A DNA stretch of 64,000 bases from Lama glama (Eukaryota): assembly GCA_028534125.1 (NCBI GenBank), contig CM052816.1, positions 40,984,001-41,048,000 of the forward strand, written 5' to 3'. Positions 39,391-51,869 of the stretch are shown in pieces. The position numbers and the translations under genes were made by a program. Position 1 is the stretch's first letter; each line of letters begins with the position of its first letter. The notes under the pieces are model-generated. The model was not told the DNA's origin, did not search any database, and saw only the letters and a list, made by a program, of their open reading frames with translations.

Positions 39391-39989
39391 GTCAAGATTG
39401 TTTTGGCTCCCTTAAATCTTTTGAATTTCCACACAAATTTTTCAGAACCAGCTTATCAATTTCTTAAAAAAATGTATTCATCATTATGATTGTTGTCCAA
39501 CCTATAGATTAATTTAGAAGAACTGGTAAAGAAAATATTGAGTCTTTTAGTCAATGAAAATTGTATATTTTTCTATTTATTTAAATCTTCAATGTCTTTC
39601 TGCATGGTTTTGTCATTTTCAATGTAAAAGTCTTGCATAATTTTTAGTAGACATGTTACTGTTTGATATTAATATTCTGATGCTATGATAAAGGTATCTT
39701 TCTATCTCAATGTCCAATATTCCATTGCTAGTATAGAAATGTAATTTATTTCTGCATACTGATTTTCTATTCTGCAATCTTGTTCAATTTACTTACTAAT
39801 TCTAGCAGTGGTTTCTGGGTAACATAATAATATCATTTACTGATAAAGAGTTTTACTTCTTCCTTCACAATCATTTTGGATTCTATTCTTCATATATAAT
39901 ATATGTGTAAATATATGCACATATATGGTAGGATTTCTAATTCTTATTCTATTTTTAATTCTTATTCTGTTTATACCAATAATTCCATA

Positions 39990-42900
39990 GCAAAAAAAAA
40001 ATGATGAAAACAAGAAAAAAGCTTTTGGGAAGGGGCAACAAATACTCTTGTTCAAGGACTCAGGCAAGGATAACTTCTTCTGGAGGAGAAGTAGAGAAAA
40101 TAAAATATACTTCTGGGGAAGGTATAGAGAAATTACTCATGTCCTAGACAAAAGCAGTAACACATTGATGCTGGGGAAGGAGTAGAAACCAAAACTCTCT
40201 GCCCTAGGAGAGAAACAGGAAAACATCCTGGGCATAGACTCTTACACTGATTGCAGGCAGAGGTTTACAACCGCAGGATAAGAGTTAGTGAACTCCCTTC
40301 TACCCAAGGAAGAAGGGCAGGTTTCTGTAATAGCCTCAGCCCAATGCCAGGAACACAAGGCCTGTGTAAGAAGATTTAGGTGGACAAGGACAACAGAGAT
40401 CTGCCTCCACTTTTATCTTAAGTCTAGGAATAAGCAACAAGCAGAAGTGGTCTACTGTCAGGGGAGCAAAGAGAGCATGGATAGAGCCCACCCGCCACCC
40501 CCTTGTAGAACAAGTGAGGAGGGACAGCAGAAAGCTTAGGGAGGAGTAAAAACACTGAGAAAAATCCTTTAGCTTCCTGAGCACTACATTAAAGCACAAG
40601 GTATCTAGAGCCCTATTCTAGAGAAGTATGAAGAATACATTGCTAAGAAGGTAACAGCAGCAATAAAATCCAAAACAAGTTCAAATCTTGAATAGGTTGA
40701 TCACCTGCACTCAGGCCTGATAGAAAAAGAGGCATGACCATTCCTTGAAAAAAGTAGAATTCTTCTCCGTTTCTATTATTATTCTATACATGATAGCTAC
40801 CATTCAATCAAGTTATAAGGCACATAAAAAAATAAGGGGGAATAACCCATTTTTAAGAGATTAAGCAATAAACAGAACCAGACTCAGAAGTGACCCAGAT
40901 ATTGTAGCCATTAAACAAGAAATGGAAACCAGCGATAATTAATATGTAAAACATTTGAGTGGAAGTGGCTGATTAACATACACAGACAGGTAGGGAATTT
41001 TAGTGGAGAGGTGTACTCTATAAAAAAGAATAAAGTGGGGTTTTTGGAAATTAAAACATCGGTGATAAAGAATTCTTCTGATGGATTCAACAGTCAGTAG
41101 AAATCATCCAAACTCAAGCATAAATTGGAAAATGACTGAAAAAGAACCAAATAGAAGAAAGCATCCAGGAATTGTGGAGCTAAACAAGTGACCTAAATTA
41201 CATACAACTGAAGTGCTGGAATGAGAAGAGAGAGAAGAAATATTGAAGAGATGAGAGCTGAGAACTTTCCAAAAAAAAAAAACAAACCAACAAAAATACA
41301 GATACCAGTAGCACCGAGAAACCCTAGCAGGGTATTAAACAACAAAAACACTTATTATAATCAGAAACTTAAAAGTTAGAAAAGTTTGAAGGCAGCCAGA
41401 AAAAACACATAAAGAGAAACAAAAGTAATTACAGCACACTTCTTCTGAGAAACAATTCAAAATACTGGGGGGAAAAATAAACCCAGAGTTCTATATCCAG
41501 TGAATTACATTTCAAAAATAAAGCAAAAATAAACACCCTTTCAGAAAAATAAAAGCTGAGAATATATTGCTAGGAGACGTGATCTACAATAAATACTATA
41601 GGAAGTTCTACATCAGTAAAAGTTTGTCATTTTATGGAAATATGAATGGAATGGAGAAAACAGAAACTACAAAAATGAAAGTAAATATAAAAGACACTGT
41701 CTTATTTTACATCACTTTGTAAGATAACTGATTATGTGGGCAAAAGCACTAGCAACATAGTTTGAGATTGGTAAGATACATTAAGACAAAATGTATTTTT
41801 AAAACAGCACAAAAGATGGAAGATTTGAGATAATACTGTTTTAAATTTCATAAAGTTTATGCAGAGTGGTATAATCAATAAAACCAAAACAACAAACAAA
41901 TATAACAAAACAGAAACAGACTTACAGATAAAGAGAACTAGTGGTTACCAGAGGGGAGAGGGGTTGGGGAGGGACAAAACAGATGTCGGGGATTAGGAGG
42001 TACAAACTATCAGTTATAAAGTAAACAAGTCACAAGAATGTAATGTACAGCACAGGGAATATAGTCAATAATTTATAATAATTTTATATAATTTGTAAAG
42101 TAAGACAACATTGAATCATTATGATGCAAAGCTGAAACTAATAATATTTTCAGTTGACTATGTAAATAATTTTTTTAAAAGTAGACTACGGTAAGTTAAA
42201 GATGTATTTCATTAACTCTAGAACAATTAATAAAAAAAGAAGATGTAACTGATTGAAAAAATTGTAACTGATAGAAAAAAATTGCAATAAATAATAATCT
42301 AAATGAAGGTAGAAAAAAGGGCAAAAATCACAAAGACTGCATGGGGCACAGAGAACATATCTAACAAAATGAAATACTTACATCAAACTACATAAAGAAT
42401 TACACTAAATATGAATGATTAAAGCACTGCAATTTAAGGCAGACTATCAAATTAAATTTTTAAAAGGCCAAATTATGGCATGTGGATAGGAAACCAACTT
42501 TAAACATAAACACATAGATAATTAAAATGTGAAATACTGGGGAAAAAATACACCCTGCAACATTAGTCAAAGCTAGCATGACTGGAACACCAGAAAAAAT
42601 TGTATTTTAGAATAAGGAAATTGCTAAGGATATAGAGGAATATCAAGTAATTTTAAACTAGTCAGTTCATCAAGAAAACGAACAATCCTAAAAATGCATT
42701 GCCTACCAAGGACATTTCAAATTACACAAAGCAAGTATTATTAAGTAAAAGAAGAAACAGAAAAATAAACAGGTATACTTGGAGACTTCTCACCTCTCCC
42801 TCAGGAATCAATTTAAGAAGAAGATAGAAAATCACTAAGGATTTTGAAGACCTGAGCTGTCAACTAGCTTGACCAAATTGAAATTTATAGCACTTCCTGC

Positions 42901-43060
42901 CCAACAACAGCACAGTACACTTTTTTTTTTTTCAAATGGACGTGGCAGATTGACCAAGACAGACCATATTCTGGGTTGTAAAACAAACATCAATAAAATT
43001 AAAGAACAGAAATCATAAAAAGTATGTTACTTTCACTACTAAAATGTAAAGTAGATATCA
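39990..43060 (+). mobile_element. Old L1 5' portion: 5' UTR, ORF1, ORF2 endonuclease region (decayed)
   Basis: Repeated 'ggggaagg' 5'UTR-like units; ORF1-like 'gctgagaactttccaaaa' and 'gaaggcagccaga'; EN-like 'ccaagacagaccatattctggg'. Confidence 0.7.
41875..42180 (+). mobile_element. Nested L1 3' tail
   Basis: 'gtggttaccagaggggagagggg...gaggtacaaact...gtaatgtacagcacagggaatatagtcaataa'. Confidence 0.8.
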
Positions 43061-43407
43061 ACCCTGAAATAAATCAGGAACAATTAGGTTTTTAGGACAT
43101 GAAGATGGGTAGACATAAAAATTAACTACATTGGTTCTGAAAGTTACATTTAAAAATCTACTCTAATTATACAGCATATAATAAATATGACTTGTCAAAT
43201 TCCCAATTTCGGGAAGAGGTATTTGTTTGTGGTAGGGTCTAACATTAATACCTTTTTTTATATTCAGTATAGTGTGTGTATATATATATTTTATATTCAG
43301 TATACTTCACTGCCAATTTTTTTATGCTCCACTATCAAATTTCAATATCAAAATGAAAAAAAAAAGTCTCACATAATCTCACCTGCTTAGTTAAGTACAA
43401 TTATTTT

Positions 43408-43508
43408 TTTTAACTTTTTATTGATTTATAATCATTTTACAATGTTGTGTCAAATTCCAGTGTTCAGCACAATTTTTCAGTCATTCATGGACATATACAC
43501 ACTCATTG
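43408..43508 (-). mobile_element. 101-bp 5'-truncated young camelid-type L1 tail
   Basis: Reverse complement closely matches ~32713-32823; perfect 15-bp TSD AAGTACAATTATTTT (43393-43407 and 43509-43523); TT/AAAA endonuclease site. Confidence 0.93.
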
Positions 43509-45009
43509 AAGTACAATTATTTTAATAAGAATGACAGGCAAAAATAGCTTCTGTACTATATATATGCATATAAAGCAGATTTCCAGCAAACTAATAAATA
43601 TCATGAATGAGTATACATAAATCATCTGTGTACTCATTAAAGATGACAAGAAATTCAATAAAAAAAGAAAGAAATTCAAAAATTTTTTATCCCTTTTTAT
43701 CTAATAGTTTGAAAACATTTTAAACATATCTTAACTCTAGCACTGGAAAATAATACTGAGATCTCAGAATTGTTACAGGTAATTGATCTGATATTTCAGC
43801 TTCAAGTGGCCACCATAATTATGAAACTCTGATACCCCTATTTTCTAAGAGAACAAATAAATACAACTCCCTTTCCTTAACTCTAAATCTTCTTTCTCAA
43901 GTCTTTAAAAATTATAGCGGGGGAAAAATTCCAATTATATATTCTTCTCCTAACTGAAATTGTTCTTTCATTGGCAGCTGGCGTTTTGGTTCTGAAGTTG
44001 TATAAATCCTCTTTGGACGTACATATTCTGGAAATGGATTCTGCCTTGAGCACTATAATTCATCAGGAGGTAGGAAAACTTCTAAACGAATGTTCCTTCT
44101 GTCTCGCCTCACTCTGGGATTTTAGTTCTTTCTTTGTCCATAATAATGAAAAGTTATATCACATTCTACGTCTGGACCATTTGATTGTTTTACATTGAAA
44201 GTGGTATATAATATGAAGCCGTACCGAACTACATCTTATGTGTTTATGCATTTTTAAAATCATTGTTTAAATATAAAAGGCCCAAATGCACTTTCTTTTC
44301 TTAAGTCTATCGAGAGTAGGTAGTAATTAACTTTAATAATCATCACACAATGCAGCCTTAAAAATACACCATACATTCCGTGAATAAAGACTAAGCAAAT
44401 AAAAATAGCTTTAATACTTTTTTCTTTAAAGCCTTTCTATCGAGCATTACTTTCCCTTCCTGGATCAACAACATGATGTTAACTCCCAAGCAGGGCTGGA
44501 GAGTGAGGGAGAGGAGGAGGAGAGTCTTTGCCACTTGGAAGAAATCTATTCCCTGCTCTTCATGAAGTCTCAAGGGTCTTCAGATAATAAAGTTATTCAG
44601 TATCACTCAAAAGGGCTTTCTTTTCTGATCTTCATTTCTGGCTCAGGCAATCATTTCTAATTAAATACACTCCAAAAAATATAGATTTGGTAGTTGAAAG
44701 GGATTTAGTATCTAGTTCAGTCCCTACACATGACACAAGAATTGAAGGTCTTAAATATTCCTTAACACGCAAGCTAGTGTTTGAGATAGAACCATCTTAT
44801 ATTTCCTTTTTCACTTGGTATGATGTCATTGAAAATAATTGTGATTTTTAGAAGAGCCAATATCTTCTAATTTCTACTTTCATGTTTATTCTACCCCATG
44901 AAACTGAGGGATCTAGCTCCTTTAAACCTACCCATATCAGGGATTTTATTTATTTGCACTCAGTCTCCTTGAAAGTTTAAATGGGTGGCTCAGACAAATG
45001 TTGGGATGT

Positions 45010-45353
45010 TGCTATGGTCTGAATGTTTCGTCCTCCCCAAATTCATACACTGAAACCCTAATCCCCAAGATGGTGGTATCAGGAGGTGGGACCTGTGAGA
45101 GTAGATCCGGTCATGAGGAAAAAGCCCTCCCAACTGGGACTAGTGGCCTTACACAAGAGCCCCACAGAGCTCCCTGCCCTTTCTACCACGTGAGGACACC
45201 CTGGGAAGTGGGCAGCCTGCCACCCAGAAGGTCTTTGCCAGAACCCGAACCTGCTGACACCCGCATCTTGGTCTGTGAGAAAAAAAAAATCTGTTGTTTT
45301 TAAGCCACTGGGTCTGGAGTATTTTGTTGTAACAGCCGGAACAGATTAAGACA
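45010..45353 (+). mobile_element. MLT1A-like solo LTR
   Basis: 'tgctatggtctgaatg...ccccaaattcat...ctgttgtttttaagccac...taagaca'; TSD gatgt/gatgc. Confidence 0.88.
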
Positions 45354-45899
45354 GATGCTTATAAAAGTAAAGTGGACAGAAAAGTAAAGAAGAAATATGA
45401 GCAGGAAAGCATAACTGAAACTACTGACACTGTGGTGGTTAGAAAACAAATCACATTAACAAAAAAGGAGGAAACAAGACAGTCAGCAAGATGCTGCCAG
45501 GAGTTATGCTTCTCACGATGCCTACATATGGCAGAGCCTGCTGGCTGCCCTCTTTCCCCTCACTTCTTGAAGGTGTCAATTTTTGGAGCTTAAAACTGAG
45601 AAGAGAAAAAACAGACTGTGAATTAAAACTCATATAGAAGTTGCCATTGCCACAGGGTAATTACACCTGAGATCCTGTGAGTTAACACAGTTTGTTCATT
45701 TAATGTACTTTCTGAAATTAATGTACAAAACATTGAAAAAATCACCTGTTCCCTTGATATTAAACCTAACTGTATCCTCAGGTTGGAAAGGTTTTTGTGA
45801 AATTTAGTAATGTATCAAATATTCTTATTCAAAATGCTGGTTCCTGGGAAGTGATAGTTACTGAATCTTATTTAAGTAAGAAGGCCTATGAAAATTTCT

Positions 45900-46240
45900 C
45901 CATTTTAATGGTATATAGACATATTACATGTGCCAGATGCCCAGGTGAAGGCCTTATACAAGCATCTTATTTAACCCTTACAACAACACTACGGTATGGC
46001 AGCATTACACAGGAAAAGAAACCAACACTTAGAGAAGTTAATAACTAACACAGAGCAAAACTAGAATGTGAACCAGGGGTTCTGATCACGGGGTCTGTGT
46101 GCTTAATTATCATGTTCCTTTGTTCCACGTACGAGGAAACTAAGTAGGAAGAACGAAATGACTTGTTTGTGCTCGTGTAGTAAATTAGAGATGATGTAAT
46201 GTTAAAATGAAGACTACAAACCCCATCATTCTACCAAACT
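45900..46240 (-). mobile_element. MIR fragments
   Basis: 'catcttatttaacccttacaacaac...cttagagaagttaataact' and 'gaggaaactaagt...aaatgacttg'. Confidence 0.6.
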
Positions 46241-46269
46241 AGATGGAAATCCAGGTGTTACTAGAACAA

Positions 46270-46440
46270 AGTTCTCATAAGAAGCTTGAATGGGGAATGT
46301 TCCCTGTCCAGGTTTCCTCATGTTGTTTGCAGACCTCCTCTCCTTGTGACTCTAGGACTGAAGTCTCCATTTTCTTGTTGGCTATCATCTGGGGGCTCTC
46401 AGTCCCTAAAGGCTGACCAAAGTCCTGTTACCTAGTCCTA
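46270..46440 (-). mobile_element. MLT1D/E-like LTR fragment (antisense)
   Basis: 'ccttgtgactctaggactgaagtctccattttcttgttggctatca' resembles antisense MLT1D. Confidence 0.65.
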
Positions 46441-46442
46441 TC

Positions 46443-47436
46443 CACAGTCAGTAAAAAGCAAGGGCTTTCAGTCATACAGATACAAGAAAACGAATTCTGC
46501 CAACAACGTGAATGCCCTTTGAAGTGGATCATTGCCTAGTGGAGTCTCTGGATAAGCAAGCAGCCTGACTGAAGAACTGATTGTAGCCTTGTGATCCCCT
46601 GAGTAGAGGACCCAGGTAAGTCATACCCACCATCCATCCCTACTGTGCTGGCCCTTCCACCTGAGTAGAGTAGACTCCATGAATGAGGCACAAGGTTGTC
46701 AGCAGACGGCAAGAAACTGGCCCCTTTAAAAACAAAAAAGACAAGAAACTGGCCCCCATGCCATGGAGACAGGAAGAGACACCAGTGGATAGACACCAGA
46801 GGGTCTAGGAGCGAGCGTGGGATGGAAGTTTAAGGTCCGCAATTCTGACCCACAGAAACCATGAGATGATAAATGTGTGTTGTCTTAAACTTCTAAGTTG
46901 TGTTAAATTATTACACAACAATAGAAAATCAGTATAGATTTTTGGTACCACAAGTAGGTGATAATGTAACAAATAACTAAAATGTGGTAGTGCTTCTGGA
47001 ACCAGGAAGTGGGAGGAAACGAAGAATTCTGATGAGCACAGAAGAGCCTACAAAGCTTGAGCAGATTGCTGGTAGAAATATGGGTGTCAAGGTTGCTGTC
47101 ACTTATGTCTCAGAAGGAAGGGAGGAGCAGGCTATTAGAAAACTGAGGAACGGGGACCCTAGTCATAAAGAAGCAGAAAACTTAGTGAAATTGTCTCCTT
47201 CAGTTATATATAAAATATCTTGGAGAACATGGGAGTAGATCTTTCCCCAGTCAAGCCCCTGATGAGACTGAAGCCCTAGCTGACAACTGGATTGCAGCTT
47301 GTACCCTAAAGCTGAGAAACTAGCTAAACTGTTATGTCCAGACTCCTTTCCTATAGTAACTGTCGGATAATAAGCATATGCTGCTCAAAGCTACTAAGTT
47401 TATGTAAATTCGTTATACAGCATAGAAAATTAGTAG
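46443..47436 (+). mobile_element. MLT1D/E-like element: LTR 3' part, start of internal region, second LTR 3' part
   Basis: 'gaattctgccaacaacgtgaatg', 'ttctgacccacagaaac'; LTR end near 46935 followed by int start 'gatttttggtacca'; second LTR end near 47436. Confidence 0.75.
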
Positions 47437-48434
47437 CGTCATGTAATATGATTCAGGCACATTGTGGGAAAGTGAAATTTGAATGTCCTATGATATCTTT
47501 GTGCTATAATCACAGTAATTATTAATGAGAACTATCTACAATGTTATGGCTTGATTAATTAGGCAGAAATAAATTTGAAACATAGAAAGAACAGTATTTT
47601 TTTAAAATGTATGGTAACAGAATTTAGTTCAAGAAAATACTTAGCTATTTTCTTGCAAAGTTTACATGCATTTAAAGAATCATTAAAAATCTTACCCAAT
47701 ATTTCCATGAAATGAGTTGGTACAAAGGAGAGTTTCAGTGAACTCAAGACCATACTTGATTTAATAGCAGAGCAGGGTCTTGACCTAAGTCTCCTGACTC
47801 ATGGATCAGCCGGTATTTGACTACATTACACTGGTTTTTTGTGTAGTCATCTGTTTACTCATCTGATTTCTCAACAAAATAAATGCTGATTAGGTGACAT
47901 TCTAAATCATTTTCTAGATATTATGGAAAATATAATAATCAAGCATGTGTGCTATCAACAACACACATAATAGTACAAAACAGGATATGAAGTGTTTCAT
48001 AGGAGAGATACGGATAAAGATGAATTGGGATGTAACGAAAAAGAGTATGTTTACTTTGGAAGAAATGGCCACTAAGAAAAGACTTTAAGAATGATGTAGC
48101 ATTCTACCAAACTTTGAAGGACTAATAAATTTAGAATTGATGACTTCAGAGTAAATGTTAGGATAAAATACTCCTCTCTTAGGAGGATTTTATATAAGAT
48201 GGTTTGTTCTGCAACAAGTAGACAACTCAGTTTTCTCAGACTTTGGTCTTATCAGATTCATCCATATACATCTTAAAAAAATTATTTCTCTTGGGAGCAG
48301 TGTTTACATATGTGCGTATATGTGTGTGTGCGTGTGTTGAGGGTGGTGTGATTGATTTTCTTCCAAATACTTGTGCCACAGGCCAATAGTCCAAATCTTT
48401 CAACAGCAATTCCCCTGGACCTCCTGTTTTAGGA

Positions 48435-48540
48435 CAGCACTTCTCAATCTTAATCTGCATACAGATGGCTGGGGATCTTGTTTAAACGCAGATGATGTAT
48501 CAGCAAATCTAGAATGAGACCTGAGATTCTGCATTTCTGG
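48435..48540. mobile_element. MER5A-like fragment
   Basis: 'cttctcaatcttaatctgcatac...ggggatcttgtttaaacgcagat...cctgagattctgcatttct'. Confidence 0.7.
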
Positions 48541-49094
48541 AGCAGGATTCAACTACTCTGAGCTGCTCTGATTTTAATTTATATTCCTTAACCTCACAAG
48601 GACAGGATTCTACCGATGAGATTTACCTACTCAGGTTACTTTTCTCTATAAAGCAACTTTGCCAACTCTCAACAAACCCTCCAGTGGGCTAGGATTCATC
48701 TGAATGGAACAGCCCATGAGCAAAATGGGGCCCTAGGAAAGCTCCCTGGGTTTTAACTGGTATGTGACATTATCCAAAATCTATTGGTTGTTAGTTTTCT
48801 TGTTAAAAAAATATTAAAAAAATTAATCCATCTACTTCAATCCATGGGATTTTCCATTAGATGTTTTCCAAAATACATACTATTGATTTGTCCCCCATAT
48901 TTAATTTTGCTACTATTAGAGTTACATTTAAATGTAACTTTTAAATTGTATATTTAACTGAGAGAAAAGAGTGAATTTCTTTTAAGCAAACAACAAACTG
49001 ACCTATGATGCTGACAAAAAAAAAAAATCATCTCACTGAAAGCATTTTCATGAAAAAGTAGTCCAGATTTTAAAGACAGACAATAGAGAGCAGA

Positions 49095-49310
49095 TATTAA
49101 CAACGTGGGATTTGGAGCTAGACAGATCTGCATTTTACTTCTGACTGGAAATTAACTGTGTGATCTTGGGCCATTTGCTTATCTCTTAGTGACTAGGTTT
49201 CCACAAATGTAAACAGAATGTGGATACTGATATCCCTAACAAACGAGCTTGTGCTGAACTCTGCACATTGTAAAACCGTTAGTACATTGCACCATGTGCA
49301 TAACAGGTAT
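49095..49310 (+). mobile_element. MIR SINE
   Basis: 'tttggagctagacagatctg...aactgtgtgatcttgggccatttgcttatctct'. Confidence 0.7.
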
Positions 49311-50211
49311 GACTGTTCTTAAAGTGGAAGAAACCCAAAAGTAAATATTGTCCCTGATCCTTCACTCATTTATAAACAAAGAAAAATATTTGGAGTTTCT
49401 CACTAGAGAGGTACAGAGATGAACAGTCCAGAACCCTCTCCCCACAAAACCTTTCATAACCTTCTCAAGTAGCAGAACCCTATAGTACATTTCCTATTTC
49501 ACTTGGGATGATGTCTTTGAAAAGAACTGTCATTTTCTTTCAATATAAAAGCTGAGAGCTAAGTTTATTTTCCAAAATTGTAAAATAAAACCAAAGTTAA
49601 ATTCATTTTTTTCTGAAATTTTGTCTAGAATAGTCATATCTTACAGTTTCTATATAAATAATGTTCTTTCCATTATAACATTTTGTGTAAAACAATCCAA
49701 ATTATAGGATAATTCTTGCTTTAAGTAACGCATTAACACTAGAAATATAACAATTGTAAATGGTGAAGAATGCATTAAAAAGCAACTGGATTTAATTGCA
49801 TCCTTGGGACCTGCTTTGTTGTGCCTGGAGCTGGGTTTTCACATGAAAAACAAAAGTCAAGGTCTGCGATATACTTTTCAGTTGCCACTGAAATTGTAGA
49901 GGGATTCTGTGGCTAGCCTTCAACCACTAAATAATGTTTAAAGGTGAAAAGGCTTTGAAATGTATTTTTCTAAAACTCTGAGATTTTACCCTGCAACAGT
50001 GGTACAAAATTTTTTGGGGGGCTCCTGTTTTTGTTTTCCCTGCAACCCTCCCACTCCCACACTCCACATCACTTAGGGAGGATATCAAATAATATTTCTA
50101 AGCAGGAGTCATAGAAATGTTGGCCTTTCCAAATTAGTTTAAAATTAGGACTATAAAGAGACTAAAAACACAGTACATGGAACTTCAGTAGTGCATAAAA
50201 AGGATTTGTGT

Positions 50212-50754
50212 TGATGTGGAGAAGAATGTATCACTCAGAATATGCCTCTTTAGTATAAAGATTATTTTAGGCTAATTATTTGTAAGAAAAAGTAGACACT
50301 GGAGAAGCTCTAAAGTTACCCTTTTGTAAAAGACAGTTACATTTATAAGGGAAAATCTTGATTTGTAAAAGTGTCTCCCTCTCTGAACCAGGAATAGAAG
50401 GATGACTCTTAATCTCTAGAAACTCTTGTCAATAGAGGAGGCAAAGACTGAAATCTGCAAAATAGCCTTACCCTTGTTCACTGTGCTTTTTCTGTGAACT
50501 TCCCATATGTGGCCTTTGCACTCCCTTCCCACCATCTTTTATTACTTTTTCTGTCTTTAACTTGAGATGTATTCAAGATGGTGGCTTGGGCCATCTTGGA
50601 GAGTTACTCTGGTTTCTGGGTATCTCCTACATATATAGGAGGTATCCATGTTATTAAACTTCTGTCTTTCTCCTATTAATTTGTCTTTTATTACAGGTAG
50701 GTTTCAGGCAAGATACTAAAGGGGAAAGAAAAAATTATTTTTCCTCTCCCAACA
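50212..50754 (+). mobile_element. MER34-like ERV1 solo LTR
   Basis: 'aatatgcctctttagtataaagattatttt' and end 'aaattatttttcctctcccaaca'; perfect 4-bp TSD GTGT (50208-50211 and 50755-50758). Confidence 0.85.
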
Positions 50755-51359
50755 GTGTACAGATAGGTCAATACAGCCAGACAACAAAGAATTCTACAGC
50801 ATTAATGTGGCATTTTTCTCCTGAAAGCCTGAGGTGTTCTCTAATAATCAACTAATACTCAATCAACTACTTTCAGTAATAAAGGCAAAAGTGTTACTCT
50901 GCCATAAGTTACGGAAACAAGATTCTGAGACATTAAGCATATTGTCCCAGGTGACAGTAAACCAAAGGAAAAAAAGAGGTGAAAGCAGATCCTAACTGAA
51001 CACTTGGTCCACTGGAGTCTAAACCTTTGACCTGTGCACACCATGCTTCAAATTGTATTCATGGGGGAAATAAGACTAATGGGTACCAGCTTTAAATCTT
51101 TCAGAAAAATAATATCCCACGTCACATTACCTGATGAGTAATAACGATTTTCCAAAACTTGCCCCAGAATTTATGATTCCTGGGGAAACGAAGAAGAGGT
51201 GCTTTTAATCAATCAGTTCATAAGACAGAAAAAGCAATAATGAACAATTCTCTTTGACAGATATATATTCAGCTTTTCCTTTTGTAAAAGGCACTGTGCA
51301 AGGCACTGCCAGGAATGCATTATTGTCACTATACTAGGGGAATTTTACAGTGGAACATT

Positions 51360-51869
51360 GGCACGGCCTTGATCAGCATGGCCTTAAGGATCTTACTCTT
51401 CCCCTCAGCTCCACTAAATGTTAGACAAGTTTCATTCTGACTGTCGGCAGCTGATCTCCCTTTCCTTAGAGCATTTATGTAAGAAGTCTGGAATTGCCAA
51501 TTCTTTCTGTGCCTCTTTGAAATGTAGATAAATCTTTTCTGAGCTGCTTGTCAATTTTACAATCTAGGAATATTTGTTTCAAAGACCATGAAACCATCCC
51601 TTTGAAATGTAATCATCTAATGAGAGAGAGCCCCCATCTCCCAGGCTCCTGAGAGAGAAACACCAATTAGCAAATACAGATAGCTTAATCACACAGACCA
51701 GTGGCCCCCCTAACATTCTCTAGTACTTTTCTACAAGCACACGCCAACTAATGGAAACTTTCCCACCTCTTCTTTCAGTGGAGTTGAGTTCAATCTCCCC
51801 TACTGCAAAAGTCTCAAAGAAATTCTTTCCTGCCTGTTTAACTCTGTACAGAGCAAGCCTTCTTCAACA
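51360..51869 (+). mobile_element. MER31-like ERV1 solo LTR
   Basis: 'ccatccctttgaaatgtaatcatc', 'caccaattagcaaatacagat', 'ttcagtggagttgagttcaatctc'. Confidence 0.75.

Larger units (their letters stand above)
37445..39880 (-). mobile_element. Old L1 3' end to ORF2 RT region, with nested SINE and MLT1
   Basis: Antisense L1 motifs ('tgcaccattttatattcccatcaac', 'ttttaatttgcattatcttgatgactaa'); the right end resembles the decayed KEEVKLSLFADDM region. Confidence 0.75.
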
